DNA of 63,737 nucleotides, filler included, from Rhizaria sp. SCN 62-66 (lineage: Eukaryota), in NCBI GenBank assembly GCA_001724265.1. It is 7 parts of 7 records of this genome, joined end to end, with 100 filler letters (N's around TTAATTAATTAA, not from the genome) between each part and the next. Parts side by side here need not be neighbours in the genome. Positions count along the whole stretch, not along the records: positions 1 to 9,545 come from MEDY01000571.1; positions 9,646 to 19,083 come from MEDY01000573.1; 5 more parts are not named here. One strand, written 5' to 3'. A program made the position numbers and the translations under genes. This document shows positions 1 through 12,441 of the stretch, one piece after another. Position 1 is the first letter of the stretch. Each line of letters begins with the position of its first letter. The notes below the pieces were generated by a model. The model was given only the letters and a program-made list of their open reading frames with translations, was not told the DNA's origin and did not search any database.

Positions 1-422
1 CTGGTCGCGGCCGTGGCTGCGCGCGCCCGCTCGTCGCTGCTGCAGGCGGGCTGGGTTCGTTGGCAGGCGCACTGCCGCGTGCACCGCGCGACGGCCGCGA
101 CGGCCACCGCGGTGCTCTCGGCGCGCGCGGGCGCCGCGGAGGCCGAGGCCGCCGCCGCCGAGGCTGCCGCGGCTGCGCAGGCGCAGGCGACCGCGCGCGT
201 CGCGGCGACGCAGGAAGCCACGCTCGCGGCGGTGGCGGCGGCCCGCGAGCGCGCGAGCAAGCGGCAGGTGCTGCTGGCGTGGCAGGCGGCGATGCTGCGC
301 GCGCGCGGGCTGCGGCAGCGCCACAGCGCGACCCTCAGCGCCGTCGCCGCCAACGGGCGCCGCACGCGGCTGCTCTCGGCCTTCGCGCTGTGGCGCTCCA
401 CGGCGAGCGGCAGCAAGGCCGG

Positions 423-454
<32 letters not shown>

Positions 455-3252
455 CCGAGGCCGCCGCGGCTGGCACGGCGCTGGCTGAGAGCGCGGCCCG
501 CCTGCAGGAGCGCGACGCCGCGCTCGCGGCGATGGAGGCGCTGCGTGCGCAGGAGCAGCGCGAAAGCCTAGCGCGCGCCGCGGCGGCCGCGGAGGAGCTG
601 GAGGCGTTCAAGGTCGAGCTGACGCGCGTCAAGGACTTGGAGGTGCTTGCGCGCGAGGCCGCGGCCACTGCGGAGCAGCAGCGGCGCGCGTACGCGCTGC
701 TGGAGGAGCAGGCGGCGCGGTCGCGCGAGGAGCTCGCGGCGCACGCGAAGCGCACGCAGGAGGCGTTGTTGCAGCAGGCGCTCGAGGCCGAGGAGGAGCG
801 GCGCGCGCGCGAGACGCAGGCGCGGCTCGAAGGCAAGCTGCGCGAGGACTCGGTGCGCGCCGAGGAGCAGCGCCGCGCGCAGGAGCTGCTGCAGCTGCAC
901 GCTGCGCGCGCCGCGGAGGCGCTGGCGGCGCAGCGGCGGCAGGCCGGCGAGGCGCTCAAGGTGCAGGCGCAGGTCGCGGCGGCCGAGGCGGCGGCGCGGC
1001 GCGCGGGCGACGAGTGCGAGCGGCTGCGCCGGGACCGCGCCGCCGTGGCCGCGGAGCAGGACGCGCTGCGGCGCGAGCGCGCGGAGGCCGCTGAGGCTGC
1101 GGCCGCCGCGCTGGCCGCCGTGGCGGCGCGGCGGGAAGACCAGGAAGCGCGAGCGGAGGCCGAGCGCGCCGCCGTGGCCGCCGAGCGCTTGGAGGCGGCC
1201 ACGGCCGAGCAGCAGCGCGAGCGGCAGCGCGAAGAGCAGCGGGACGCCGCGGCGAAGCAGGCGGAGCGGCAGCGGCGTCGCCAAGCGGAGGCTGAGGCCG
1301 CCGCGCTGGCCGCCGCCAAGGACGACCTGCGCCGGCAGCAAGAGGAGCTCGCGGCGGCCGCGCGCGAGGCTGAGGCCGCAGTCGCCGCCCGCGCGCGCGC
1401 CGCCGAGGCGGCCGTGGCGGAGCGGGCGCGCGCGGCTGCCGCTGAGGCCGCTGCGGCCAAGGCGCAAGTAGAGCAGCTGGCGCGGCAGCGCGCGGCCGAG
1501 GCCGAGGCGCGCGAGGCCGCTGCGCACGAGGAGCGGCTGCGCGCGCACCGCGAGCAGGAGCAGCGCCAGCGCTAGCAAGCCGCCGCCGCCGCCGAGGCCG
1601 CGCGCGCCGCGGAGCAGGAGCGTGAGCGAGCGCGCCGCGAGCGGGCCGCGCAGCAAGAGCAGGAGCAGGAGCAGCGGCGGCGGCGGCGCGCGGCAGCCGA
1701 GGCCGAGCTGGCGGCGGCGCGCGCGGCGCAGCAGCAACGGCGCGCGGCGCGCAGCGCGCGGCACGAGGACGAGCGGCACCGGCGGCAGCAGGCGCTGAGC
1801 GAGCTCCACCAGGAGCACTTGGAGCAGGTGCGCGCGGCGGCCGAGGGCGAGATGCTGCGTCTCAAGCGCGAGGCTGAGGTCGAGGCCGCGGCGGGCCGGC
1901 TCGACCTGCAGCAGCAGTTCCTGCGTGAGCAACGGCGCGCGGACGCGCGGCAGCTGGAGCTGGAGGCCGCGGCTGCGCGGCGGCAGCAGCGGGCCGAGGC
2001 CGCCGAGGCCGCGCTGGGCGCCGCACGCGGCCAGCTCGAGAGCGTGCGCGCGATCGTGCTGCGGGGGCAGGAGCAGCGCAGTGTGGCCGAGGCCCAGGCG
2101 CTGGCGCGCGGCCACCGCGAGGGCGCGCGGCGCGAAGACATGGACAACGACCGTGAGCAGCAGCGCTTCAGTAAGCAGGAGCAGGAGCAAGGACAGGAGG
2201 CTGAGCTCGATGAGGCGGTGAGTGTGAAGGCGGTGCTGGCGAAGCAGAACGCGCTTGAGCAAGAGCTTAAGCAGCTGCGCTTGCAACAGCAACAACAGCA
2301 GCAGCAATTGCAGACTGCGAGCTCAACCACGAGCTCGTCTCACTCTGCCGTGTCGAGTCGGAAGACTGTTGCGGGCGTCTTCGGCGACGACGACAGCGAC
2401 GACAGATTCGACGTGCTGAGTGACGCCGCCGTCAACGAGCTGGAGCTCTCTCGCGAGGAACGCGGCAAGCACCACAAGCAGTCTAAGGGCGGGCTCGATA
2501 TGCCGTCTAAGGGGGTCGGAGTCGGAGTTTGGGTTGCCCCGCACCGCTTCAGCACCACCACCACCACCAGCAGCAGCAGCTTGCAGCCACAGCAGCCGCA
2601 GCCGCAGCGTCGCGTGCCTGTGGTGTGGCACGGCGAGGGTACTCACGCTGACGAGCGCGACACGTACACTGCGAGAGCGACCGTTTCCAGCCAGCGCAAT
2701 GGTGGTCTCGACGACGACGATGATGGTGAGGACAGCGATTGCGAGAACGGCAACGGCTGCGGCGTCGGCCCTGGGGTGCGCAATAACGTTTACCACGTGG
2801 CGTACCCTCTGCCTCTCGACTCTCGGCCACAGCAGTCGCAACAAGGCACCTACGGCCACGGCCACGGTCACTCGGCCTCAGCTCCGGCCGCCCCTGCCTC
2901 GGCTTCGGCCGCCACTGTCCCGATGTCAGCCCACGCCTTTGCCCCCGCCCACAGCCATGCGCAGAGCCTCAGCGCGGCGCACGCAGCTGCGGTGGCTGCG
3001 GCGGCCGAGGCGGCGGCCGCGGCGGCGGCTGGCGGCGGCCGGGAAGTGAGCACCCTCGTCGCGGCCCGCGCTGCGCAGCGCCAGCAGCAGTACCAGCAGC
3101 AGCAACAGATCCAGCTGCAGCAGCAACAGGCCGCGGCGCGGGCTCTTGCAATGCGCCAGCAGCACCAGCATCAGCAGCAGCAGCAACCGCGGTTCCATTT
3201 TCCGGTGCACGTAGCGTCCCCTGACGAAACTATGGAAGTTCTCTACTCTTAA
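1..3252 (+). CDS. Long Ala/Glu/Arg/Gln coiled-coil protein with Sfi1-like W repeats near the N-terminus; 5'-truncated; reads through in-frame TAG 1573-1575
   Basis: ORFs 13..1575 and 1819..3252 share a frame. The only stop between them is TAG in CAG CGC CAG CGC TAG CAA GCC, and the EQRRAA-type composition is the same on both sides. The gene ends at TAA 3250-3252, where GC content falls. LLQAGWVRWQ, VLLAWQ and LLSAFALWR resemble Sfi1-type repeats (inference). Confidence 0.75.
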
Positions 3253-3661
3253 AATGCCTAACTACTCCAGCACCAATTCGTTTTAAGCTTACATACATTC
3301 TTATTCTTTCCAACTACTGAGGCGTATTACGTCCTCCTAGTCATGGCACAGTACGTTCTCAGTTCGAACTGAGGTGTGTTGCCGAAATACTCACGTCAGG
3401 TGTTCCATTCTTTACTCGACGCGGTCGCAAATTGATTTGTGGCTGTACAGTGGCTGTAGAGCATCCAACATGGTGGCGATTTTTGATTCATGATATATCC
3501 ATCGGTATTCGTTATATAGTTTTGTCAATCTCATAAACACACTGTTTAGTTTAGATATTGCTGTTAAATTGATTGGCTACTTTGATTGACACTGTCTTTA
3601 GTCTCATTGTAGCCTCTTTCAAATCCCATTTCGACACTGATCGAACTCGCTTCACAAAGAG

Positions 3662-4222
3662 ATGGCATACGCATGCGGTGCTGCAGCGAACGCGTTGTCT
3701 TCAAGTGGCCGACATGCGCTTGCTTATGCCGCAGCCCCACTCCGCTTGCTCGCTTCAGAGCGTGGCCCTCACGGGCTTATCCAGACCTTCAGCCACCGAT
3801 TCTCGTTCCCCGCGTCCCCCGAGACTGATCTCGAAATCTCTGTCTGCCTACCGCCCTCCTACACTACGCCCACAGGGCCCCATAAGCCGACGGTCAGTAC
3901 CAGCGCTCTTTCCAGCAGTCTTCTCGTCTCATCGAGCTCTCGCGCTCACCTGGCGCCCCCGTTCCCGCCGCAGCCGCCCGCGTTCGTGCTTTGGCTGCCG
4001 GATCCCGCCCTCGAGGGCCCCGAGGGCCCCAGCTGCAGCAAGGGCCCCGGCCTTAAGAGCGCCGGTCTCGCAGCGTTCGCAACCCCGCGGTACGCCGCCG
4101 CGCTGGCCGCCTGCGCGGACGCCGGGCTGGCCGTCGTGCGCGTCTCTCCCCCGCCCCTGCCGCCCTCGCTCCAGCAGCCCCCTTCTCAGCCTCAGCCTCA
4201 GTCCCAGCAGTCCCAGCAGCCT

Positions 4223-4274
<52 letters not shown>

Positions 4275-6451
4275 GCGGCGGCGCCGTGATGGCGGTGCCG
4301 GAGAGCTACGGCGCGCTGCACCCGGCGTTCTTGGAGGCGCTCACGCAGCAGCTGCCGCGGGCGCTCTTTCAGCTGCTCAGTAGCAGCAGCAGCAGCGGCG
4401 GCGGCGGCGGCGATGGCGGCGGCTTTAGTGGCGATTCTCTGAGGTCGAGCTTGAGCGCTGGCGCTGGTGCTGGCGGCAATGGCATTACTGAGAATAACGC
4501 TGGGGATGTGACTGGGCGCGGGCGGGTGACGACGGTGCCCGTTGCCCTGTTCGGCACCGGAGTCGGCGGCTCCGCGGCGCTGGCGCTGTATCTAAGTCAG
4601 GCCGCGCACAACAACAAAAGTCAGGCCGTGTCGTCGGTAAGCCGCCGCGTGGGCAGTGAGGGTGACCGGGACGACATCGCCAGCGCCAGTGCCAGCGCCA
4701 GCGCCGCTGACAGCGCCGCTGACAGCAGTGGCGTTGTCAAGATGGTGTTTGTTGCCTGCTCCGTCATCGCCCCCGTGCTGAACCCTTCCCTCAGAACCTC
4801 CACAACTGCAGGGGGAACAACAACAACAGCAGCAGTAACAGCATCGACTAACTCTGCTTCTGTTCCCGGGCACGGGCAACCGGATGAACCCCAACCACCG
4901 CAGCACCCGCAGCACGAACAGCCAGTGCAGCACGACCAGTCGCCGCAGCCGCCGCAGCCGCTGCGGGCGCGCGCGCGCCGCGCCGCCGCCAAGGCCGCCG
5001 CGGCTGCGTCGTCGCCGAAGCCGCCGTCGTGGGTGGCCGCCGGCGACCCGCTGTGCCGCGCGGCGGCGCTGGCGGCATTGGCCAAGGCGGCGACGGCGAC
5101 GGCGACGGCGATGGCGGGCCCTGGCAGCAGCAGCAACAGCAGCAGCAGCAGCGGCGGCAGCAGCAACGGTCGCGGCAGTAGCGGCAGCGGCGGCAGCGAG
5201 AGCTTGAGTGCCGACAGTGCTGGCAACATCACGGTTGTGCCCGTGCCCGCGCCTTTGATCGACTTCCCCGTCGCTGTCATAGCTCTTAACAGCAGCGCAA
5301 CGCTCGAAGCCGCTGACAATGGCAACGGTGAGAACACTCGCGGACCTCCCAGCAGCGGCGCATGCGGGCGCCCGCTAACGGTGGTGCCCTTGCCCGACCG
5401 CGAGTGGGTGAGCGCCTGGCGCGACGCGTCTAAGGGGGTACTTACCCCGGCGCTTACGCCCCCTCCTCGCAGCCACGTTCGCCTCGGCAGGGTGACTGTT
5501 GCACTGCCCGGGGCCCCCTTTCTCGCGCCGCCGCAGGCGCTCACCGCGTCCTCTCCGCCCATACTGGCCGCGACCAGTGGCGACGGACTCGGCAGCGGCG
5601 ACGGCATCCACAGCCTCGGCTACGGAGCTGACGCTGGCGCTGGCGCCGATGTGGCGCGCGATGTGGCGCTGTCGATGCCCACTGTGAGCGTGCTGCCGCT
5701 GTATCCGCAGGCGCGGGATATGCTGTCACGCAGTGCACGCACGCGCGCCCTCACACAGTGCGGCGAGGACGACGCGAATGGAGCAGATGTCAGCACTGAC
5801 GCTAGTGGAAGTCAGGTCGCGTCGCTAAGTCAGGCCGCCAGCGCGGTTATCGCGCTGAACATCCAGCGCCGCAAACAACAGAAGCTGCTGCGGCAACAGC
5901 AAAAGCTGCTCAAGCTCCAGCAAGAGTCTCCGCCCGCTTCCGGAACTGCTCCTGCCAGTGACGCCAGTGATGGCAGTGAGGGTAGCGGGCGAGACAGTGC
6001 CGGCAGCGCACTGCTGCGCGACATCGGCGCGTTCCGGGCGGCGTGTCTGTCGGCAGGGCAGCCGGCGATGTTGCGCGTGCTGCCCACCGCAATCGCGCTC
6101 AATGCCAACAGCAGCAACAGCGGCAGCAACGGCAGCAGCGGCAACAGCAGCGTGCAGTCCAGCGCAGTCGGAGTCGCCGAGAGCGCGGCTGCTGCGGAGG
6201 CGGCGCTGCCGGCGTGGCTGGTCGCTGAGAGCCTGGGCCACTTGGCTCGGGCGCTGCGGACGCGGCTGCGGCCCTGGGAGCTGCTCGGCGACGGCGAGGC
6301 CGAGGCGCTCGCCCGCGCGCGGCGGGACATGCGGCTGCGGCAGCAGCTCGAGAGCGGGAGTGGCCAGGGCCAGGAGCAGGAGCAGGAGCTGGAGCAGGGG
6401 GGATTCAGTCTAGGCGGCGGGCCGCAGGAGGAGGAGTGCGACCACAATTGA
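3662..6451 (+). CDS. Esterase D / S-formylglutathione hydrolase-like alpha/beta hydrolase, apparently catalytically dead, with large low-complexity inserts
   Basis: Blocks follow ESD order: LRLLASERGPHGLIQTFSH, ISVCLPP, FVLWL, ADAGLAVVRVSP, LTQQLPRAL, ALFGTGVGGSAALAL (ESD IFGHSMGGHGAL), SVIAPVLNP (SAFAPICNP), AFRAACLSAGQPAMLR. Ends at TGA. Confidence 0.6.
4223..4273 (+). repeat. (CAG)17 polyglutamine tract
   Basis: Uninterrupted in-frame CAG run inside the ESD-like CDS. Confidence 0.9.
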
Positions 6452-6828
6452 GGGGATATGAGGGGATATGATCACAAAAGTGGCCTATCATAAGCTACAG
6501 TAGTATTTAATTCTTTATTTATTGCAATAAAACCATTCGAGTTCATCATCATTACATATCACTTGTTTAGCTTGATGTGACCATGGTGACACTCACCGCG
6601 ACACTGACGACCTCGTTGTGCTGAAGATGGCGAAGATAAGCGATGACTTCAAACTTGAACATCTTCATGGAATGATCGTCAATTGAGATATATTGTTGAT
6701 ATATAACTAAACAGTATGGTTTATATTCTCTCCCATAATTATACTTTTCATAGAACCCTGAAACACTCACAAAGTTTCGTCCAAGAACACAACTCAGACC
6801 CAGCGCCAGCTCGCTTCCCGCCCGCACC

Positions 6829-8817
6829 ATGGCGTCGCGCAAGCAGCTGAACAAGCACTACCCGATCGACTGGGAGCCGTCCCACGGCACGTTGAACCAG
6901 GCGTCCGGCTTGCACCCGCTGCGCGACCGCATCAACAGCGCGACGGGCGCGCTCACGGTCCGCTTCGAGCTCCCCTTCGCGGTCTGGTGCACCGCGTGTG
7001 GGGCGCTCAACGCGCGCGCGCAGCGCTACAACGCGGTCAAAACGCGGCCCAGCGCGCATAAACACGATGACGACGCGGCGCCGAGCGGGGGCAATAGCAG
7101 CAGCAGCAGGGATAGGAGTGACCGCGACCACCACAGCAACAACAAGAACTACGGCACCGACAACGACAGTGCAAGTGACCGCAGTGGAGAGCACCGCGAC
7201 ACCGCTCCAAAGACGGATCGCGAGCTTGACTTCTTTTACTCGACCCCCATCTGGCGCTTCACCATGCCCTGTGCGCACTGCAACGCGCTTTTTTCGGTCC
7301 AGACGGACCCGGGCGCGCACGGCGGCCGCGGCGACTACGTCGTGACTGCGGGCGCTACGGTCAAAACGACCACGCGCGAGGCCACTGTGGAGCTGGGGCT
7401 GGAGCCCGTGGTGGGAACAGCGAAGACCGCAGGGCTGACAGGGACTGAGTATCCACGCTCTCCTAGTTTTAGCAGCAGCAGCAGCGTTGCTGGCATCATC
7501 GGCCCGCAACTACAGTCGCGCTCAGATTAGCCACATTCAGCTGCAGACTCGCACGCCGCCTCTTCACCATCCTCCATTCGTGAAACAGCGACCGCCAGCA
7601 GCGCATTGTTGTCGTCATTATCAGCGTCGTCATCCGCGTCATCCGCACTGTCGGCGTATGACGAGCGCGACATCGTGGACTTGGTGGTCCAGCGCGATCC
7701 GCGCGGCCGCGAACTGCACCGCGAACGCATGCGCGCTGAGCCCCTGTACGCGGCCACGGTTGCGGCGCGGGACCGCCGCCGCGGCGAGGCCGGGGCCGCG
7801 GCAGTCGCGGCGCTGCTGCAGCTTGACCGGGACCGCCGCAGCGGCGTCGTGCCAGCGCCCGCGCCTCCGCCCGTGAACGCGAGCGCGAGTGGTCAGGGCG
7901 AGGTGCGCGATAGCTACAGCGCGTATTCCTGCGGCAATGCCGGCGCCAGCGCGGGCCTCGGCGCTCCCTACGACCGCGGCACGCGGAGTGACGGGCCATT
8001 CGATCGCGCAGCGCCGTCGGACAGCGCTGCTCTGCTCGAGGGGGATGGGCTGTTGGACCGGATGCGCGCTGCGGCCCGCGAGCGGCGGCGCGATGCCGTG
8101 GCGGTGGCCGCGCAGGCCAAGGCGCACGCTGCGCGCGGGGACTGGTGGGAGAGCGCGCAACGCCAATAGCAGCAATATTCGCAGTATCATGGCTACTATG
8201 GCGGCTCCGGGGCGGCGGCGAGCGGCGGCTGGGCGCGGGCGCGGGCGCAGGAGGAGGCCGCAGACGCTGCCGCGGCCGCTGCGGCGATGAGCACGAGGAC
8301 GGTCAGCACAGTGACAGCGACGACGCTGGCACCGGCTGAGACGGCTTTCGCGGCGACCGGGGCTGCGAGTTCGAGCGCAAGTGCGAGCGTGGGCGTTAAC
8401 TCAGTGCCGTCGGCAGCAGTTGTGGCGTTCGCGGGGGCGAGCAGTGCTGCTGGCGGCGGGAACGCGGTTCGGAAGGGCAGGATTGCTGTTGTGGTAAAGA
8501 AAAAAGAGCCTGTCGTAGTCGCTGCTCCTGCTGACAGCACCGGCGCTCTAGGCAGTGGTCGCAGCTCTGACAGCCGTGGAGTTGCTGTTGCTGCTGCCCG
8601 CGGTGATCCTGCCGTCAAGCTTGAAGAAATGAGGCGTGGCGACGTTGGTATCGACACGGCTCGCGGCTCTGCGACTGCAGGGGCAAGCAGCGGGAGCAGT
8701 CAGGTGCCTGCTGCGACAGCTGCTGTCCCTATTCCAACGGACGCCACTGCTGATGTCGCTCCCTGTGTTGATATCCGGGTTAAAGAAGAATTCAGTAACT
8801 TTAAGAAAGAAAATTAA
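6829..8817 (+). CDS. YJU2B: Saf4/Yju2-family splicing factor (CCDC130/YJU2B type), 662 aa if the two in-frame TAGs (7528-7530, 8167-8169) are read as sense
   Basis: MASRKQLNKHYPIDWEPSHGTLN..HPLRDR..VRFELPFAVWCTACG..RYNAVK..YSTPIWRFTMPCAHC..VQTDP..DYVVTAGA matches the CCDC130 N-terminal zinc domain. ORFs 6829..7530, 7606..8169 and 8287..8817 share one frame and are separated only by TAG. Ends at TAA. Confidence 0.85.
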
Positions 8818-9545
8818 CGCAAACGTTTATATAGCTAATTTTATTACACTAGAACTATGAAACAGTCCTGCAACAGAGACTTGAACACAAACAATATCAG
8901 ACATACGCCTGCCTTTTGTATCGCGGACGAAATCCGTCGGCATGCACGGCAAAAGTGATGATAACTTGAGCTATTGGCGGATTACAAGGCGCATAATGAT
9001 AAAATCGAGCGTGTTGTTGCGATTTTTGAATGTACAGAAAGATAATCAACAAGTGATCCCTTGCAAGGCTGTATCGGCCACACTTTGGAGAATCAAGGTC
9101 TCAAGAGCACAAGAGGCACTCATGATTAAAAAAATTGTCATGTTTCGAGCGGTAACTTGTCGTCGTTCGACGACATGGCAGTTTCGTCTGTAAAAATTGT
9201 CCGGGTAAACGATATTGCAAAATAATAGTTGTGTGTGTGAGCTTTCCGAAGAGAAATAAACAATGTCGGTGTTGCAACTCCTCAACCTCGAAGCCTCATC
9301 AGCGGTCACAGCACGCACATGAACATGACACGAAGAATTTGACGGGCTTTAAAGGAAGAAATGTGCGTGTTATAACCGTTAGATGCACTTGTCGTAACCA
9401 GTTTTTCACCATCAAGACCGCAATACCGGCTAAGAAAGACTCCCTAGGTAACCCCTATGTAGCGTCAACTAAAAAACGCCAAAAACGCAGTTTTCGGCAG
9501 GTAACTTCCACAATAGAAATCTCTGTGAAATAATCGTCAAAGCTT

Positions 9546-9645
9546 NNNNNNNNNNNNNNNNNNNNNNNNNNNNNNNNNNNNNNNNNNNNTTAATTAATTA
9601 ANNNNNNNNNNNNNNNNNNNNNNNNNNNNNNNNNNNNNNNNNNNN
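9546..9645. other. Artificial contig linker
   Basis: 44 N + TTAATTAATTAA (stops in all six frames) + 44 N, identical at all six junctions. Confidence 0.98.
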
Positions 9646-10268
9646 CTCCTCGCACTGCATCTGGCACTTGGGGCGGGCGCAGATGGGGTGGCACACGGCC
9701 GGGCAAGCCGGGTCGTCGCACTGCCACTTGCACACAGGGTTGCAGCCCTGAACCTGTAGTTGAGGGAAAGTGAAGAAAGAACGAGTGGGAGAGTGAGTGA
9801 GTGGGTGTTTGATGGCATGAGAAGAGGCGGTGAGGAGGTGGTGAGGCAAAGGGGGCAGGGTGTTTTTTTCCCAAGCTCTGAGGTACTTCACAAATTGATG
9901 CCAAGGGGATGGCACTGGTTTGTAAAGAATGTTAAGGCTGAGGAGAATTGCTTAGGGGGATAGAGGGTGCCCATTTGCGGGTTTAGGTCGCGCACAAAGG
10001 GTTGAGAAAGTGGGCTGATGTGACCCCCCAATCGATCCCAATCGATGGGTTTTGTTTACCCTTTGCCAGCACGACACAGGACTCCCAAGAGCTCGCATCG
10101 TTTCATTATCGATGCTACTTAGTCATATGATATCGTTGTCGTCAATGAAATGCCATGTAGAGAGCATTGAGAGGCATGTTAAGGGTTTTTGGAAAGCAAA
10201 GGAGCACGTACCTCGGCAGCGAAGCCCATGGCGGCGATAAGAGCCAGGATGAACAGAATGACCTTCAT
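9646..10268 (-). CDS. Secreted cysteine-rich protein, two coding exons, 3'-truncated at the contig end
   Basis: Exon 1 (10268..10212) encodes the signal-peptide-like MKVILFILALIAAMGFAAE. The intron (10211..9754, GTACGT...ACTACAG) is phase 0. Exon 2 starts at 9753 and encodes VQGCNPVCKWQCDDPACPAVCHPICARPKCQMQCEE (CxxxC repeats). Confidence 0.8.
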
Positions 10269-12441
10269 CTCAGAACACTGTTGGAAATCTATCGGAGAAA
10301 ACCGATTGAGTTTCAGCAATTTTTATCGTTTTGAGGACGAGACATCACCCGCATAGGGGCAAAATACGGGCTTAAAGCTTCGAGCCCGACCGAGCCTCCC
10401 TCCCCTGCCTCTCCCCCCGACTTAACTTACGTGCTGGGAAATGAGGCCTGTCCCTTCCCACGGTCACCTGCCGCTTTGTGGATAGTTTATATAGCGCATT
10501 AACACGACGTTTTGTGTCATTTTGAGGTGATATTGTTTTATGATGTGAGCTCTATCACATTTTCATGCGTTAATCTTTGTCAAAATTTTGGGCTGTTGTC
10601 GCATTACGCTTTATTTTCATTTTCTTCGTTTTATTCACTTGTGACCTGCGTCGTCTTTTGAGGTCAATATGCACTTCAAGCGTTTGTTCTGTTAGTCAAC
10701 GCCGGATATAGTGGTTGGCGTGCCACGATGCAACTATGGTGCACATCGCATTCCAACAGAGCTATGTTATGTATGGTTTCAGACTCTTTTTCAGTTACTT
10801 TCGTCACATCCCATGTGACGTGCTAATCGTCTTCCACCTTCTCGAGCGGATACTAAATATCACACCTTAGCACTTAAAGTCAAATATGCTGTACGTCAAT
10901 TGTTACTTGCATATCCAACTCATTGGAATCGGACCCAACTAAGCTCATTTTTACCTTTTAGACCTTTCGACGCAAGGAACGGCGACCATGCAGCACTGAC
11001 TTAAATGATACTAACACAACCGTTGAACTCCACAGGATATCGCCCCTTTCAGTTCATAACCAGGATACCACTAAGACACTCAAATATCTACATTAAGGAC
11101 ATGTTTTGTGTGTAAAGAAAGTTATTGAGACCCGTTAATAGCCTCTTCAAGTCATAACTTCAACATCAACCACGACAAGTAATCCAATTTAGGCATATAG
11201 ACATTCTGATTCTTCAATCAAAGTACGATTAACGAGTAAACATGTTTACAACCTACACATACATGTGCTTCAACTGTCTATATGCTGCCATTATGATTGT
11301 CAGCATACAGTATTGTCATACTTATTGTCATAACATAAATGATTCATGACTCAGCATGCAAACAGACAATATTAGATCGTCTGGAGCACCGAATGTCACG
11401 TGACCACAACTAGCGACAGCAAAAGCAGTGGCTAAAAAGTCGTGCACGCTTTTATCAGTCATTATCTTCCGTTGCCGTCACTACCCGTAATTGCAACAAC
11501 TCAATGCAGTCGCGGCATCCAGTTGCAGCTGCCGAAAGACTCAACACGACCGCATCACCCAGCACCACAATAATTACACCAGCCCTGGCACATGTGACCG
11601 CGATCGCAGGCGGATGTGCCGTATTAGGTGTTCATAAGAGAGATCCGTAAACTCCGAACAAGGACGCAGTGACAGATACAACTGTGTATTACTAGTAGAT
11701 ATGAAAGATACAGATGCAAAATTAGAGCACAGAGGTAAGAGAGAAACAAACAAATATGCGCACCACACGAGAACAAGCATCCGAAACCAAGCAGGAAAGC
11801 AAGTAGACAACACGCATGCACATGCGAAAGATTCGTTCAATGAAACCCTTGGTTTTGTAAGCAACGGCTCGAAAGCATGCAGAGGCACAACGAAGCGGCG
11901 TGGGCGGTGGTGGTGGGGGGATAAGGCAGCGGTAACTTGCGAGCAAAGGGCAAATGGATAAGTCGCGCGCGGATAAACAGAGAGATAAGTGGCACTAAAA
12001 CACCCCGATCAGAGGCCAGCATGCAGTTGGGACTGACATGCTATTAAAAGCATGTGTTGATGTTTCGTGTTGTGAAAGAGAGTTTGTGTGTGACTAAGGG
12101 TGACAAAATAAAATCAATTGAAGCATATTCATTGTAGAAATGCAAAAAAGAAAATCAAATACGTCGAATGTACAAAGGGATAAGATAAAAGCTAAAACAA
12201 CAGGACCAGTCGATTACTGCAGCAATCAGAGCGCAAAGACCCGTCGCCCCCAGCAAGAGCGGTGACGAAAGCCGGCGGTAGTGACGACATGGGCAGCACC
12301 GGTAGCATTGCCCAGTCGCCTGCCCTTAGGGCCAGGGCCAGCAGACGCATGCAGGGTTTCCACCTGGAGGGTAAGTTCGCCGAGCGTGTTGGCCGCGACT
12401 GCTGCCCATGTTTCGCGGTCCGCGCCATGCGCAGCACGCGC

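Noticed and set aside
1573-1575. Pyrrolysine or programmed read-through as the meaning of TAG
   Set aside because: Pyrrolysine is not known in eukaryotic nuclei and no pyl genes are present. The 3' contexts differ (CAA, CCA, CAG, CTG, ACC, CAT), so there is no shared read-through signal, although TAG CAA alone resembles a leaky context.
568-2330. Long antisense and off-frame ORFs (568..2307, also 31803..33377, 60189..62186 and others) as overlapping genes
   Set aside because: They are shadows of very GC-rich, stop-poor coding sequence, giving Leu/Arg/Pro-rich text with no motifs.
3358-3373. Palindrome CTCAGTTCGAACTGAG with a TTCGAA core, as a possible tRNA T-arm
   Set aside because: The loop is 6 nt and I cannot build acceptor, D or anticodon arms. 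No tRNA, including a CUA-anticodon tRNA, was recognised in the window.
6450-6470. Direct repeat GAGGGGATAT x2 at the ESD-like stop
   Set aside because: A single 10-nt tandem duplication, probably slippage, and not seen elsewhere.
10440-12190. 1.7-kb AT-rich stretch as a possible mobile element or ncRNA
   Set aside because: I found no terminal repeats, transposase or RT motifs, or recognisable RNA structure. It is consistent with promoter and 3'-UTR sequence.
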